A stretch of DNA of 63,513 bases, the filler included. It is 9 parts of 9 records of this genome, joined end to end, with 100 filler letters (N's around TTAATTAATTAA, not from the genome) between each part and the next. Parts side by side here need not be neighbours in the genome. Positions count along the whole stretch, not along the records: positions 1 to 7,889 come from SRR31156797_72973; 8 more parts are not named here. One strand, given 5' to 3'. The translations under genes were made by a program, and so were the position numbers. Position 1 is the stretch's first letter, and every line of letters starts with the position of its first letter. The notes under the pieces are model-generated. The model ran no database searches. It was not told the origin of the DNA and was given only the letters and a program-made list of their open reading frames with translations. Below, in pieces: positions 1 to 7,989 of the stretch.

Positions 1-1308
1 AAAACTCTTGTTAAACGCCTTATTAAATACCTGCCCGTGTCCGTTGAAGTCATGAGGGCGGTCGCCCTGGACAGCTACCACGAAGCCGGTGTCGCTCAAC
101 CGCTCGGATTGCCTGACACTGATATAGAGCCCGATTACGAGACGGGCGACGCCAAGCCGAAACAGATGACTGAATTACAGGGCAAGCTCGCCGCTAAGGC
201 GGCTGATTTAAATACGCAGACGACCATCCATAATAACCAGCCACCTGCTGACGTTCAGTCAGCGTCTACACCCGACACTGCTGCGTCTCGCGACAGGTCA
301 ACCCCGCCCGTCGATAACGGGGCGCAGCAGTCCCCTCCCGATAAAGGAGCTAATGGAAAGGCAAGCCGTAAGGAGTCGGATCTTGCCGAGCTGCTGGCGA
401 CGGCCCCGTTTGAAATATCGGCCGCTCAAGTGACCAAGTATTTGGCGGAGACGGCAGAGGAAAAGGGGCTGGCCATCGGAGAAGTGATCGAGCTCGCCGT
501 CCTGCGCCATGACCGGTTCTGGCCGGGATATGAAGAGTGGCTCGACAACATGAGGGCGGTCGAAAAACAGCAACAGCAGGCGGCGGCTGAGGCTGCGGAA
601 GTCCAGGAAAGCCAGTCCGGCGAAAATCAGCCGGCGGAAACGACTACCGAGCAGCCTGTGGATACAAAGGCAGAGGCGGCAAGCGTAGAACAACCCCACT
701 TCAAAAGCATTCAAGAGGGATTGCCGACAGCGGAGCAGTGTACGCGCAAGACATGGGAAGCCATCAAAGTTATTTGCGAGAAGCTCGGTTTGTATCGGGC
801 CGATGTCGTTCGCGAGTTCACAATCCCTTACCTCCACGGGCCCCATGGTGTCCTGAAACACTCCTCGTACCAGAAGCATTTGACAAAGGAAGCCGGAGAA
901 CAGCTTTTGAGGCGGCTGCAAGAGCGGGAAGAAGAGCAAAAAAACATGGGCATAGACGGGCCGGTAGTTCCCGAAACCTCCCCGCCGCCGCCAACTGAGC
1001 GTGGCAGCGATTATTACGAGGCCGAAGATCCAGGCATTGCCCCCGGCGCCCAGACGACGGCCGAGGCCGCTCGGGAGCGCACAATCGAAGACGTTTCCCA
1101 ATATCCTCTAAACGAGCTGCGGATCGACGACCGGTTCTTTGATGTCGTCGTCTCGAAACGCAAGGGCGGCTTGGAGCAGGTCGAAGCCTATTTCGCAAAG
1201 AGAGGTTTCCGACACGACGAGGTAGCGCTGATTAGGGCCTGCGGCGATGCAATTCAAGATCCTGACACATTTTGGAGACTGGTCGATCATTACGTCAGTT
1301 TCGGCTAA
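1..1308 (+). CDS. recT: RecT-family phage single-strand annealing protein, 5'-truncated, with long C-terminal extension
   Basis: Frame 1 is open from base 1 and reads KTLVKRLIKYLPVSVEV, matching the C-terminal RecT core motif (KTxxxRLxKYLPxSxE). About 400 aa of acidic/Pro-rich sequence follow. Confidence 0.75.
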   Translation, partial: KTLVKRLIKYLPVSVEVMRAVALDSYHEAGVAQPLGLPDTDIEPDYETGDAKPKQMTELQGKLAAKAADLNTQTTIHNNQPPADVQSASTPDTAASRDRSTPPVDNGAQQSPPDKGANGKASRKESDLAELLATAPFEISAAQVTKYLAETAEEKGLAIGEVIELAVLRHDRFWPGYEEWLDNMRAVEKQQQQAAAEAAEVQESQSGENQPAETTTEQPVDTKAEAASVEQPHFKSIQEGLPTAEQCTRKTWEAIKVICEKLGLYRADVVREFTIPYLHGPHGVLKHSSYQKHLTKEAGEQLLRRLQEREEEQKNMGIDGPVVPETSPPPPTERGSDYYEAEDPGIAPGAQTTAEAARERTIEDVSQYPLNELRIDDRFFDVVVSKRKGGLEQVEAYFAKRGFRHDEVALIRACGDAIQDPDTFWRLVDHYVSFG

Positions 1309-1375
1309 CGAAAGGAGGCGCCTATGGAATAGAGGTTAAACCCGTCATTACCATTCGATACGCAAACTAAAGCAA

Positions 1376-1395
1376 GCCCCCCGAAAAAGGGGGGC
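1376..1395. promoter_or_regulatory. GC-rich stem-loop (GCCCCCC-GAAAAA-GGGGGGC)
   Basis: Perfect 7-bp stem between recT and the next ORF. No U-tract on the + strand. Confidence 0.5.
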
Positions 1396-1424
1396 GATTA
1401 CTGACCAACAGGAGGAGGGGAAAC

Positions 1425-1721
1425 ATGCCTTTATATTTTAAAAGATCATTACCACACGATATCTCGATCTGTGCAGCCGGAAACGGCGGTTTTATTGTCA
1501 ACGTCGGCTGTCAGACGTTTGTTTACAGGGAAGACGATAAGGCCCAAATGGTATTAGATCTCCGGGAATACATAAGTAATCCTGAGGCCGTAATTCGCGC
1601 CCACGATCAATACATACAATCCAAAAGAAACGACCCGTTAGCTGATATCAGGCGGGACGCCCCTGAACCTCGCCCGAAAATGGAGGCTGTCGAGAGCGTC
1701 CCTGATCCGGGTGCGGATTAA
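1425..1721 (+). CDS. Phage hypothetical protein
   Basis: 98-aa ORF with a strong AGGAGG SD, co-oriented in the phage module. Confidence 0.7.
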   Translation: MPLYFKRSLPHDISICAAGNGGFIVNVGCQTFVYREDDKAQMVLDLREYISNPEAVIRAHDQYIQSKRNDPLADIRRDAPEPRPKMEAVESVPDPGAD

Positions 1722-1733
1722 GGGAACCTTACT

Positions 1734-2489
1734 GTGAGAGAGCTTTCCCTGTTCAGCGGCATCGGGGGGGGGCTGCTCGGATCGAAGCTTTTAGGATGGA
1801 GGCCTGTCGGATATGTCGAGATCGATGACTACTGCCAGAGGGTTATCGCCCAAAGAATCGAGGACGGATTTTTGCCCGTCGCTCCGATTCTCGGCGATAT
1901 CCGAACATTCATCGATCAAGGGTTCGCCGGAGCATATAAAGGCATGGTTGACATCGTTACAGCCGGTTTCCCCTGCCAGCCCTGGTCCGTGTCCGGAAGC
2001 CATAAAGGGGAGATGGATCCTCGAAACATGTGGCCTTGGACCATTCGCGTTATTAGAGAAGTGCGTCCGGCATGGTGCTTATTGGAAAACGTCCCAGGCC
2101 TGCTTACCCGGCGTCACGGATATTATTTCGGACAGATACTCAAGGACCTGGCCGAGGCGGGGTTTGATGCTCAATGGGGCTGTGTATCGGCCGGTGATGT
2201 GGGCGCGGCCCATTTGCGCGAAAGAGTATGGATACTTTCATCCAACACCTTTGACAAAATCTCACAGCGGCGGCCGGCAGAGGCCTCGAAAGCGGAAAGG
2301 GCGCCGCGATCCCAAACAAAACAATTATCAGGATTGGTGCAGCCTGGTGCTTGGCCATCGATATCCGAGTGTAAGTCTTACGGAAAGGACGATGGGCTTC
2401 CCTATAGGGTGGAGCGCACTCGAACCCTTGGAGGATCACAGGTTCCGGCAGTGGTCAGAGCTGTTTGGCTGCTTATGACCGGGGAATAA
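1734..2489 (+). CDS. DNA (cytosine-5)-methyltransferase, alpha-type polypeptide lacking motif IX
   Basis: Motif I LFSGIGG, motif IV GFPCQ, motif VI ENV, motif VIII RERVWI and motif X-like TLGGSQVP. GTG start. Confidence 0.9.
   Translation: MRELSLFSGIGGGLLGSKLLGWRPVGYVEIDDYCQRVIAQRIEDGFLPVAPILGDIRTFIDQGFAGAYKGMVDIVTAGFPCQPWSVSGSHKGEMDPRNMWPWTIRVIREVRPAWCLLENVPGLLTRRHGYYFGQILKDLAEAGFDAQWGCVSAGDVGAAHLRERVWILSSNTFDKISQRRPAEASKAERAPRSQTKQLSGLVQPGAWPSISECKSYGKDDGLPYRVERTRTLGGSQVPAVVRAVWLLMTGE
1813..2478 (+). CDS. Nested +1-frame ORF, probable second (beta-type) subunit of the C5 methyltransferase
   Basis: 221 codons open from an ATG entirely inside the methyltransferase gene. It ends with SLTERTMGFPIGWS, resembling C5-MTase motif IX, which the main frame lacks. 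The true start is uncertain. Confidence 0.65.
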   Translation: MSRSMTTARGLSPKESRTDFCPSLRFSAISEHSSIKGSPEHIKAWLTSLQPVSPASPGPCPEAIKGRWILETCGLGPFALLEKCVRHGAYWKTSQACLPGVTDIISDRYSRTWPRRGLMLNGAVYRPVMWARPICAKEYGYFHPTPLTKSHSGGRQRPRKRKGRRDPKQNNYQDWCSLVLGHRYPSVSLTERTMGFPIGWSALEPLEDHRFRQWSELFGCL

Positions 2490-2501
2490 GAGGAGGTAGC
2501 A

Positions 2502-2834
2502 ATGTTACCGACTGTCACGAACAGGGACCGTTCCCGCTGGTATATCGGAATGCGGGTCGGGGTTTTGAAAGGTATTGACGGCGGAGTTGCCCGCCTGATC
2601 GGCTACGGAACCTATAACGGCGTCCGTGTTCCTTCCGGTGTTTTTATTGGTCCTACTGCGGACCTTGTCGCCGAGGGCAGGGCTACCGTGGAAATACTCT
2701 TGGACTCCGGACAGAAAGTTTACGGCTGTGAATGCTGGTGGGAGAGGGAGAATTTTATCCGGGGGATCGTCAAGCAGTGCGATGTTGTGATCCGGGTCGA
2801 TATAGACGAGGAGCGAAAGGCGGCGGTGAGCTGA
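2502..2834 (+). CDS. Phage hypothetical protein
   Basis: 110 aa, GAGGAGG SD, with a distinctive VYGCECWW motif. Confidence 0.7.
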   Translation: MLPTVTNRDRSRWYIGMRVGVLKGIDGGVARLIGYGTYNGVRVPSGVFIGPTADLVAEGRATVEILLDSGQKVYGCECWWERENFIRGIVKQCDVVIRVDIDEERKAAVS

Positions 2835-2836
2835 TA

Positions 2837-5086
2837 ATGGACGATTACCGGGAATTCCTTGACTCGAAAAAGGTTACGGTCGCCGACTCCGGTTTCGAGG
2901 CTAATGCCCTGAACGCCTTTCTGTTCGACTTCCAAAGGCCGATCGTTCGGTGGGCTCTCAGAAAGGGCAGGGCCGCGATATTCGCTGATTGCGGGCTTGG
3001 AAAAACACCGATGCAATTGGAGTGGGCGTATCGTGTTGTAAGATACACGGAAAGGCCTGTCCTTATTCTCGCGCCGCTGGCGGTATCAGGCCAAACGCGA
3101 GACGAGGGAATTAAATTCGGCATACCTGTAAAAATCGTTAAAAGTCAGCCGGATATTGTTCGAGGTATCAATATTACAAATTATGAGCGGTTGCACAAAT
3201 TCGACTGTTCAATATTTGGCGGCATAGTTCTTGATGAAAGTTCCATCCTGAAAAACTTCATGGGAAAAACAAAACAGGCGATCATAAACACTTTTAAAAA
3301 TACGGAATACAAACTCGCATGCACCGCCACGCCCGCGCCCAACGATTACATGGAGCTCGGCAATCATTCAGATTTTTTAAACGTTATGCCGGCAAACGAA
3401 ATGCTGAGCCGCTGGTTTATAAACGATACGATGAGCTTTGGAAAATACCGTCTTAAAGGCCATGCCGCAGCATCTTTCTGGGAATGGATTTCGAGTTGGG
3501 CGGTATGTATCAGTAAGCCGTCTGATATGGGGTATCCTGATGACGGTTTTAATCTTCCGAAATTAAACATAGAAGAAATCATATTACCGGTCGATCACGC
3601 ACAATTGTCTGACGACAAACTTTTCAGATTACCGGCCTTAAATGCAATAGAGCTACATAAAGAAATGCGATTAACAGCGCCTGCAAGGGCGGCGAAAGTC
3701 GCGGAATTGGTTAATTCAAACAAAGAGCCATGGATAGTCTGGTGTAACACGGATTATGAAGCGGACGAGTTAATTAAATTGATTCCTGATGCTGTCGAGG
3801 TCCGTGGAAAAATGTCAGATAATGTTAAAGAAAGCAACCTTAGAGCGTTTGGAAATGGAGAACATAGAACGATCATTACGAAACCGTCTATCGCGGGGAT
3901 GGGCTTAAACTGGCAGCACTGTCGCAACGTCGCATTCGTCGGCCTTAGCTACTCATACGAGCAATTATATCAGGCGTTAAGACGCTCGTGGCGATTCGGA
4001 CAGGAAAACGAAGTCAACGCATATATTGTGCTGGCGGAAACGGAGCAAGTTGTTTTGGATAGCGTTAAAAGAAAGCAGGCTGAACATGAAAGTATTCAAG
4101 CAAATATGTATCGACATAATTTCCAAAAAACGAAAAATGTTTCTCATCAATTAACGGTTGAAAATCCGCATCAAATTGAATCCGGTGATAACTGGACGGT
4201 GATAAATTCGGATTGTATTGAACATGTAAGAACGATTAAAAACAATCTGATCGATTTTACTGTTACGAGCATTCCTTTTTCAAATTTATATATTTATTCG
4301 GACTCAATCCGCGACATGGGTAATTGTAAAAACGATGCGGAGTTTTTCGATCACTTCCTGTATCTCGTGCCTGAAATATGTCGAATCACAAAGCCTGGCC
4401 GGTTAGCCGCTATCCATTGCAAGGATCTCGTCAATTACAAAGGCCGTGACGGTATGGCCGGCCTAAGGGATTTTCCGGGCGATATTATCAGATCGTTCCA
4501 GGCGTCCGGATGGGCATATCACAGTCGCGTGACGGTCTGGAAATGCCCGGTTACGGAAATGACCAGGACGAAAGCCCAGGGGTTGCTCTACAAGCAGCTA
4601 CGTAAAGACTCGGCCTTTTCTCGACAGGGTCTTGCAGAGTATCTGCTTATATTCCGTAAGCCCGGCGACAACGAATCTCCGATCACCCACACAACAGACA
4701 GTTTTCCTCTACCAGACTGGCAAGAATATGCTTCTCCGGTTTGGATGGATATCCGCCAAACGAACGTTTTGAATGTTCAGCAGGCCCGGGAATCGAAAGA
4801 TGAAAAACATATCTGCCCATTGCAGCTCGATTTGATAGAGCGGGCGATCCAGATATGGAGCAATCCGGGCGATATTGTCTTTGATCCGTTCAGCGGAATC
4901 GGTTCGTCCGGCGTCGTGGCGCTAAAAATGAAACGCAGATACTTCGGGATAGAGCTGAAGGAAAGCTATTGGAAGGATTCTGTTCGCCATCTAAGAGCCG
5001 CCGAACGCGCCTGGGAGGACTTACCGTTGTTTGATAACGACCGGGAGGGCGACGAATGCTCATTAACCCAAGAATCGGGAGCGTAG
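2837..5086 (+). CDS. SNF2-like helicase fused to a beta-class N4/N6 DNA methyltransferase
   Basis: Helicase motifs ADCGLGKT, LDES, TATP and QALRRSWRFG. The C-terminal MTase has TSIPF (motif IV variant) before DPFSGIGS (motif I). Start taken at ATG 2837, just after the upstream stop. Confidence 0.88.
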   Translation: MDDYREFLDSKKVTVADSGFEANALNAFLFDFQRPIVRWALRKGRAAIFADCGLGKTPMQLEWAYRVVRYTERPVLILAPLAVSGQTRDEGIKFGIPVKIVKSQPDIVRGINITNYERLHKFDCSIFGGIVLDESSILKNFMGKTKQAIINTFKNTEYKLACTATPAPNDYMELGNHSDFLNVMPANEMLSRWFINDTMSFGKYRLKGHAAASFWEWISSWAVCISKPSDMGYPDDGFNLPKLNIEEIILPVDHAQLSDDKLFRLPALNAIELHKEMRLTAPARAAKVAELVNSNKEPWIVWCNTDYEADELIKLIPDAVEVRGKMSDNVKESNLRAFGNGEHRTIITKPSIAGMGLNWQHCRNVAFVGLSYSYEQLYQALRRSWRFGQENEVNAYIVLAETEQVVLDSVKRKQAEHESIQANMYRHNFQKTKNVSHQLTVENPHQIESGDNWTVINSDCIEHVRTIKNNLIDFTVTSIPFSNLYIYSDSIRDMGNCKNDAEFFDHFLYLVPEICRITKPGRLAAIHCKDLVNYKGRDGMAGLRDFPGDIIRSFQASGWAYHSRVTVWKCPVTEMTRTKAQGLLYKQLRKDSAFSRQGLAEYLLIFRKPGDNESPITHTTDSFPLPDWQEYASPVWMDIRQTNVLNVQQARESKDEKHICPLQLDLIERAIQIWSNPGDIVFDPFSGIGSSGVVALKMKRRYFGIELKESYWKDSVRHLRAAERAWEDLPLFDNDREGDECSLTQESGA

Positions 5087-5268
5087 TTCAGATCTGGTAT
5101 CGGCCGGAAATGAGCCGGCTAATGCCCTGGCATGGCCATAGAGGCCGTGTTCTTACATCGGGCAGGGGTAAGCCCCGGAATCATGTCATAGGCGTGTCCG
5201 GGAGTTCAATAGTGGTTCCCTGCGGGAATATCAGGAAGGCGAAAGAGGATGAGGTCAAGGAATATTAA
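5056..5268 (+). CDS. Small phage hypothetical protein
   Basis: 70 aa with a GGGAGG SD, overlapping its neighbours in phage style. Confidence 0.55.
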   Translation: MLINPRIGSVVQIWYRPEMSRLMPWHGHRGRVLTSGRGKPRNHVIGVSGSSIVVPCGNIRKAKEDEVKEY

Positions 5269-6205
5269 ACCGGGTTTTTTTCGGAATGAGAATCTGGCAA
5301 AGACGCCCTGGTTTGTCCGGATGGTCTTCGCCGGGCTATGGCTGTATGTCGACCGTGACGGACGATGCGAGTATCGTCCCGAGAAAATTGTCACCGAACT
5401 TTTTATGTATGAGTATGTGAACGGCACTGTAACAGCACAGGACGTGCACAGTGCTTGTCTGGTTCTTGCATGGTGTTTTCCGCATCCTTTCGTCATATTG
5501 TATGAAATTGACTCCATATCGTATCTTGAGGTCACAAACTTCAAAAAACACCAAAATCCGCACATCAAAGAGCGATCTCGCGAATTCCCGCCTCCAACCG
5601 AAGATAACATATTGAATCCAGACAATATTTCAAAAAGTCCGGTGCTAGCACTATACCAGCATGGTTTTAGCACCTTTTCGGCCCGGCTTGATTCCTTGAT
5701 TCCTAGATTCCTAGAAGAAGTAGCTCCGAGCACGTCGAATTGCGATATTGCAGAGGTCGACGATATGAGCCAAAGCGACGATACGCCATATCGCACATTC
5801 CCCAAAAAACGAAAAAACGAAACACCTGAAGAGTTCCACCAGCGATACATGACCGAATGGGCTACGCCTCAGGCAGAGGCGTTTCTGGATGATCCTCTGA
5901 CCAAGGAGGCCTTCCCGGGCATAAACCGCAGACAGGAGGTAAACGAAGCGCTCTCGTGGCTGAGAGCGAATCCCTCCAAGAGAAAAAAAGCGATATCGGC
6001 TTTTCTTCATCGCTGGCTGTCAAAAGCACAGGAGAAGGCCGGCCGACCCAGGTCGAATTACCAACCAACACAACTCAGCCCAGGCCTTAATCCAAAAAGC
6101 CCGCCGCCCTCTCCCGAGCCCACGCCGGAGGAACGGGAAAAAGGCAGGCTGCATCTCAGGTCATGGCTGGACGACGCGGCAAAAAAGAAAAAAATGCCGG
6201 AATAG
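5249..6205 (+). CDS. Phage replication initiator (lambda O-like/replisome organiser type)
   Basis: N-terminus MRSRNIKPGFFRNE...LWLYVDRDGR...FKKHQNPH, then a central linker and a C-terminal WLRANPSKRK...FLHRWLSKAQ domain typical of phage replication proteins. Confidence 0.8.
   Translation: MRSRNIKPGFFRNENLAKTPWFVRMVFAGLWLYVDRDGRCEYRPEKIVTELFMYEYVNGTVTAQDVHSACLVLAWCFPHPFVILYEIDSISYLEVTNFKKHQNPHIKERSREFPPPTEDNILNPDNISKSPVLALYQHGFSTFSARLDSLIPRFLEEVAPSTSNCDIAEVDDMSQSDDTPYRTFPKKRKNETPEEFHQRYMTEWATPQAEAFLDDPLTKEAFPGINRRQEVNEALSWLRANPSKRKKAISAFLHRWLSKAQEKAGRPRSNYQPTQLSPGLNPKSPPPSPEPTPEEREKGRLHLRSWLDDAAKKKKMPE
5424..5715. repeat. 11-bp-phased GCAC repeats and 8-bp tandem repeats inside the initiator gene (candidate phage ori)
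   Basis: GCAC(T/A)G at 5424, 5435 and 5446. AGCA(C/T) at 5647, 5658 and 5669. T(T/A)GATTCC x3 at 5688-5711. Confidence 0.5.
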
Positions 6206-6216
6206 GAGGATGCCAT

Positions 6217-6624
6217 ATGCTTGGAGCTGGAAGTATTCACACACGCAGCGAAAGGGCGTTATGGGCTGCCGTCCTCGTCAACGCACTTTTCGACCTGCTC
6301 GACGGCTTCGAGTTTATCGACCGGGGAACAATACACAGGGAGTCGAGTAGGGATTGGCGGAACTCGGGCAGGCAGAAGCGACAGAGAGAGGCCGAGGCCG
6401 TGCGCTATTGGCTTAACCGTGAATCCAGAGACCCCGGCGGCTACGGGTTCGTGGCCGAGGCCCTGGACATCGACGCCGACCGACTCAGGCGGAGGATATT
6501 CGAGATCGCTACAGATGACGAACTCAGGGATTACGTGCTCGGCAACACGGGCGGTCACCAAAAGGCCAAACGGGCAAGGCTTTTTGTTCTGTTGGGCGTT
6601 AAGGAGGAAATCCATGCATTGTAG
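6217..6624 (+). CDS. Phage hypothetical protein
   Basis: AGGAGG SD 7 nt upstream of ATG 6217. ERALWAAVLVNALFDL helical motif. Confidence 0.7.
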   Translation: MLGAGSIHTRSERALWAAVLVNALFDLLDGFEFIDRGTIHRESSRDWRNSGRQKRQREAEAVRYWLNRESRDPGGYGFVAEALDIDADRLRRRIFEIATDDELRDYVLGNTGGHQKAKRARLFVLLGVKEEIHAL

Positions 6625-6886
6625 GATTCGAACCGATGGAATGTTGGAACTTCGCCGGGCGGGCTGCGACTTTTATGTTCAGCGTTGTCCGGAAAGGCCG
6701 ATTCAGGGCCCTGACCAGTTATGCGGCGACTGGTGCCCGAGGCTACTCGAAAACAACAATACAAACGGCGATGCGGAGACCGTAACGCTTTCATGTGTGC
6801 ACTCGGCCCCGGTTTTCATGGTCGCCGAAGACCTACGGGCGGAGGAGATTAGGAGGATCAAAGATGATCCGGGCGACGAGGCGTAG
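6614..6886 (+). CDS. Cys-containing phage hypothetical protein
   Basis: AAGGAGG SD before ATG 6614 (MHCRIRTDG...CGDWCP). Confidence 0.65.
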   Translation: MHCRIRTDGMLELRRAGCDFYVQRCPERPIQGPDQLCGDWCPRLLENNNTNGDAETVTLSCVHSAPVFMVAEDLRAEEIRRIKDDPGDEA

Positions 6887-6917
6887 TCCATGGTGCAACG
6901 GCCAGGTAAAGGGATTC

Positions 6918-7169
6918 ATGGAGACGATCACCCGAGCCCAGCTCGTTGAGATTCTCGCGATCCTCAAATCCGCGGGCCTGGCCAACCGCAGACGGGCGGC
7001 GACGAACCCGGCGAAGACGAAAAGAGATGTTTGGAATCGCCTATGGAATTCAAGTTGCCATTACCACCGCTCATGGATCAGCCCAGTGGATTTTAACGTT
7101 CTCAAACAGGAGTTCGGCGGCTATATCAACTGGCCGGATTCGGGGTTAAGGAGAGGAAAGAGACGATGA
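6918..7169 (+). CDS. Phage hypothetical protein
   Basis: ATG 6918. Its stop overlaps the next start (ATGA). The start is uncertain. Confidence 0.5.
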   Translation: METITRAQLVEILAILKSAGLANRRRAATNPAKTKRDVWNRLWNSSCHYHRSWISPVDFNVLKQEFGGYINWPDSGLRRGKRR

Positions 7170-7519
7170 ACGCTGTAAAACCCGAGAGGGTAAATATTTT
7201 GCCCGTAGGCTGGACGGAAATACCGGCGAGTTCGATATTAAGGGCCTATGCATACCCGCTTACCGAGCTAAGGGTGCTTGTCGGCTTAGAGAAACACAGC
7301 GACGGCGACTGGTGGCTCCATGTGTCGGCCTCTCATCCCGACAGGCTGCCGACATGGGATGAGCTTAAAAACATAAAAGAGCTCTTTATCGGCAAAGACA
7401 AGATGGCCGTCTCAATCCTGCCGCCGCAGGAGGAATATGTAAACGTCCACAAACATTGCCTCCACCTGTGGTGCAACCAGGACCGGCGCATATTGCCTGA
7501 CTCAATACCGGAGAGGTGA
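7166..7519 (+). CDS. Conserved phage protein (HVSASHPDRLPTWDELK...YVNVHKHCLHLW family)
   Basis: His-rich motif pattern common in uncharacterised phage proteins. ATGA coupling with the upstream gene. Confidence 0.75.
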   Translation: MNAVKPERVNILPVGWTEIPASSILRAYAYPLTELRVLVGLEKHSDGDWWLHVSASHPDRLPTWDELKNIKELFIGKDKMAVSILPPQEEYVNVHKHCLHLWCNQDRRILPDSIPER

Positions 7520-7523
7520 GAAG

Positions 7524-7856
7524 ATGCCTAAAACGGTAGTAGCGCCGCACACGCCTGTGGACGCGGCGAGCAGGGAGAGTGAGTTAAAGGCAGAGACAAA
7601 CTTACTTTGGGAGAAAAAGGCACGATTAGAAAGAGAGTTAAAAGTGGTAAAGGCGGCGAACAAAGTGCTTAAAGTTGCACTCGTAAAAGCCAACCGGAGG
7701 ACTTCTGCAATTAAGGGCCACTCTACAAGGCGGCAACGAAAACTTGATACAGCCCGGCAAATCATACGGCGGCAGATGCGGAACGCTCACGAGCAGCGCA
7801 ACGAGGCCAAAGATGCGGCACGTGCTATCTGGTCGGAATTATGGGAGGCGGGATAA
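7524..7856 (+). CDS. Basic coiled-coil phage protein
   Basis: 110 aa, GGAGAGG SD, heptad-like K/R/E/L composition. Confidence 0.6.
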   Translation: MPKTVVAPHTPVDAASRESELKAETNLLWEKKARLERELKVVKAANKVLKVALVKANRRTSAIKGHSTRRQRKLDTARQIIRRQMRNAHEQRNEAKDAARAIWSELWEAG

Positions 7857-7889
7857 ACGTAGTGATTACGGGTCCTTCCCAATGGAAAA

Positions 7890-7989
7890 NNNNNNNNNNN
7901 NNNNNNNNNNNNNNNNNNNNNNNNNNNNNNNNNTTAATTAATTAANNNNNNNNNNNNNNNNNNNNNNNNNNNNNNNNNNNNNNNNNNNN
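7890..7989. other. Artificial contig linker (also at 17841-17940, 26804-26903, 33428-33527, 38845-38944, 46547-46646, 52278-52377, 57852-57951)
   Basis: N44-TTAATTAATTAA-N44, which places stops in all six frames. Genes are truncated and composition shifts at each linker. Confidence 0.98.

Larger units (their letters stand above)
1..7889 (+). mobile_element. Phage/prophage early-middle (recombination, methylation, replication) module
   Basis: Co-oriented, tightly packed genes with strong SD sites: RecT, two DNA methyltransferases, a helicase, a phage replication initiator and many small hypotheticals. No host housekeeping genes. Confidence 0.85.

Noticed and set aside
6221-6613. Second apparent dual-coding stretch in the phage (TTG-started extension of the 6614 gene)
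   Set aside because: The SD fits ATG 6217 and ATG 6614. The extension is S/T/G/R-rich with no motif, unlike the nested methyltransferase ORF.
1-7889. Stop-codon reassignment in the phage contig
   Set aside because: Genes are full length and densely packed under the standard code, and TAG, TGA and TAA all act as stops before new SD/start sites.
7890-7989. Recurrent TTAATTAATTAA flanked by N-runs (8 copies) as a biological repeat, and ORFs running into it
   Set aside because: Artificial contig-joining spacer with six-frame stops. ORF ends reading ...XXXLIN are artefacts, and no cross-linker gene clusters were inferred.
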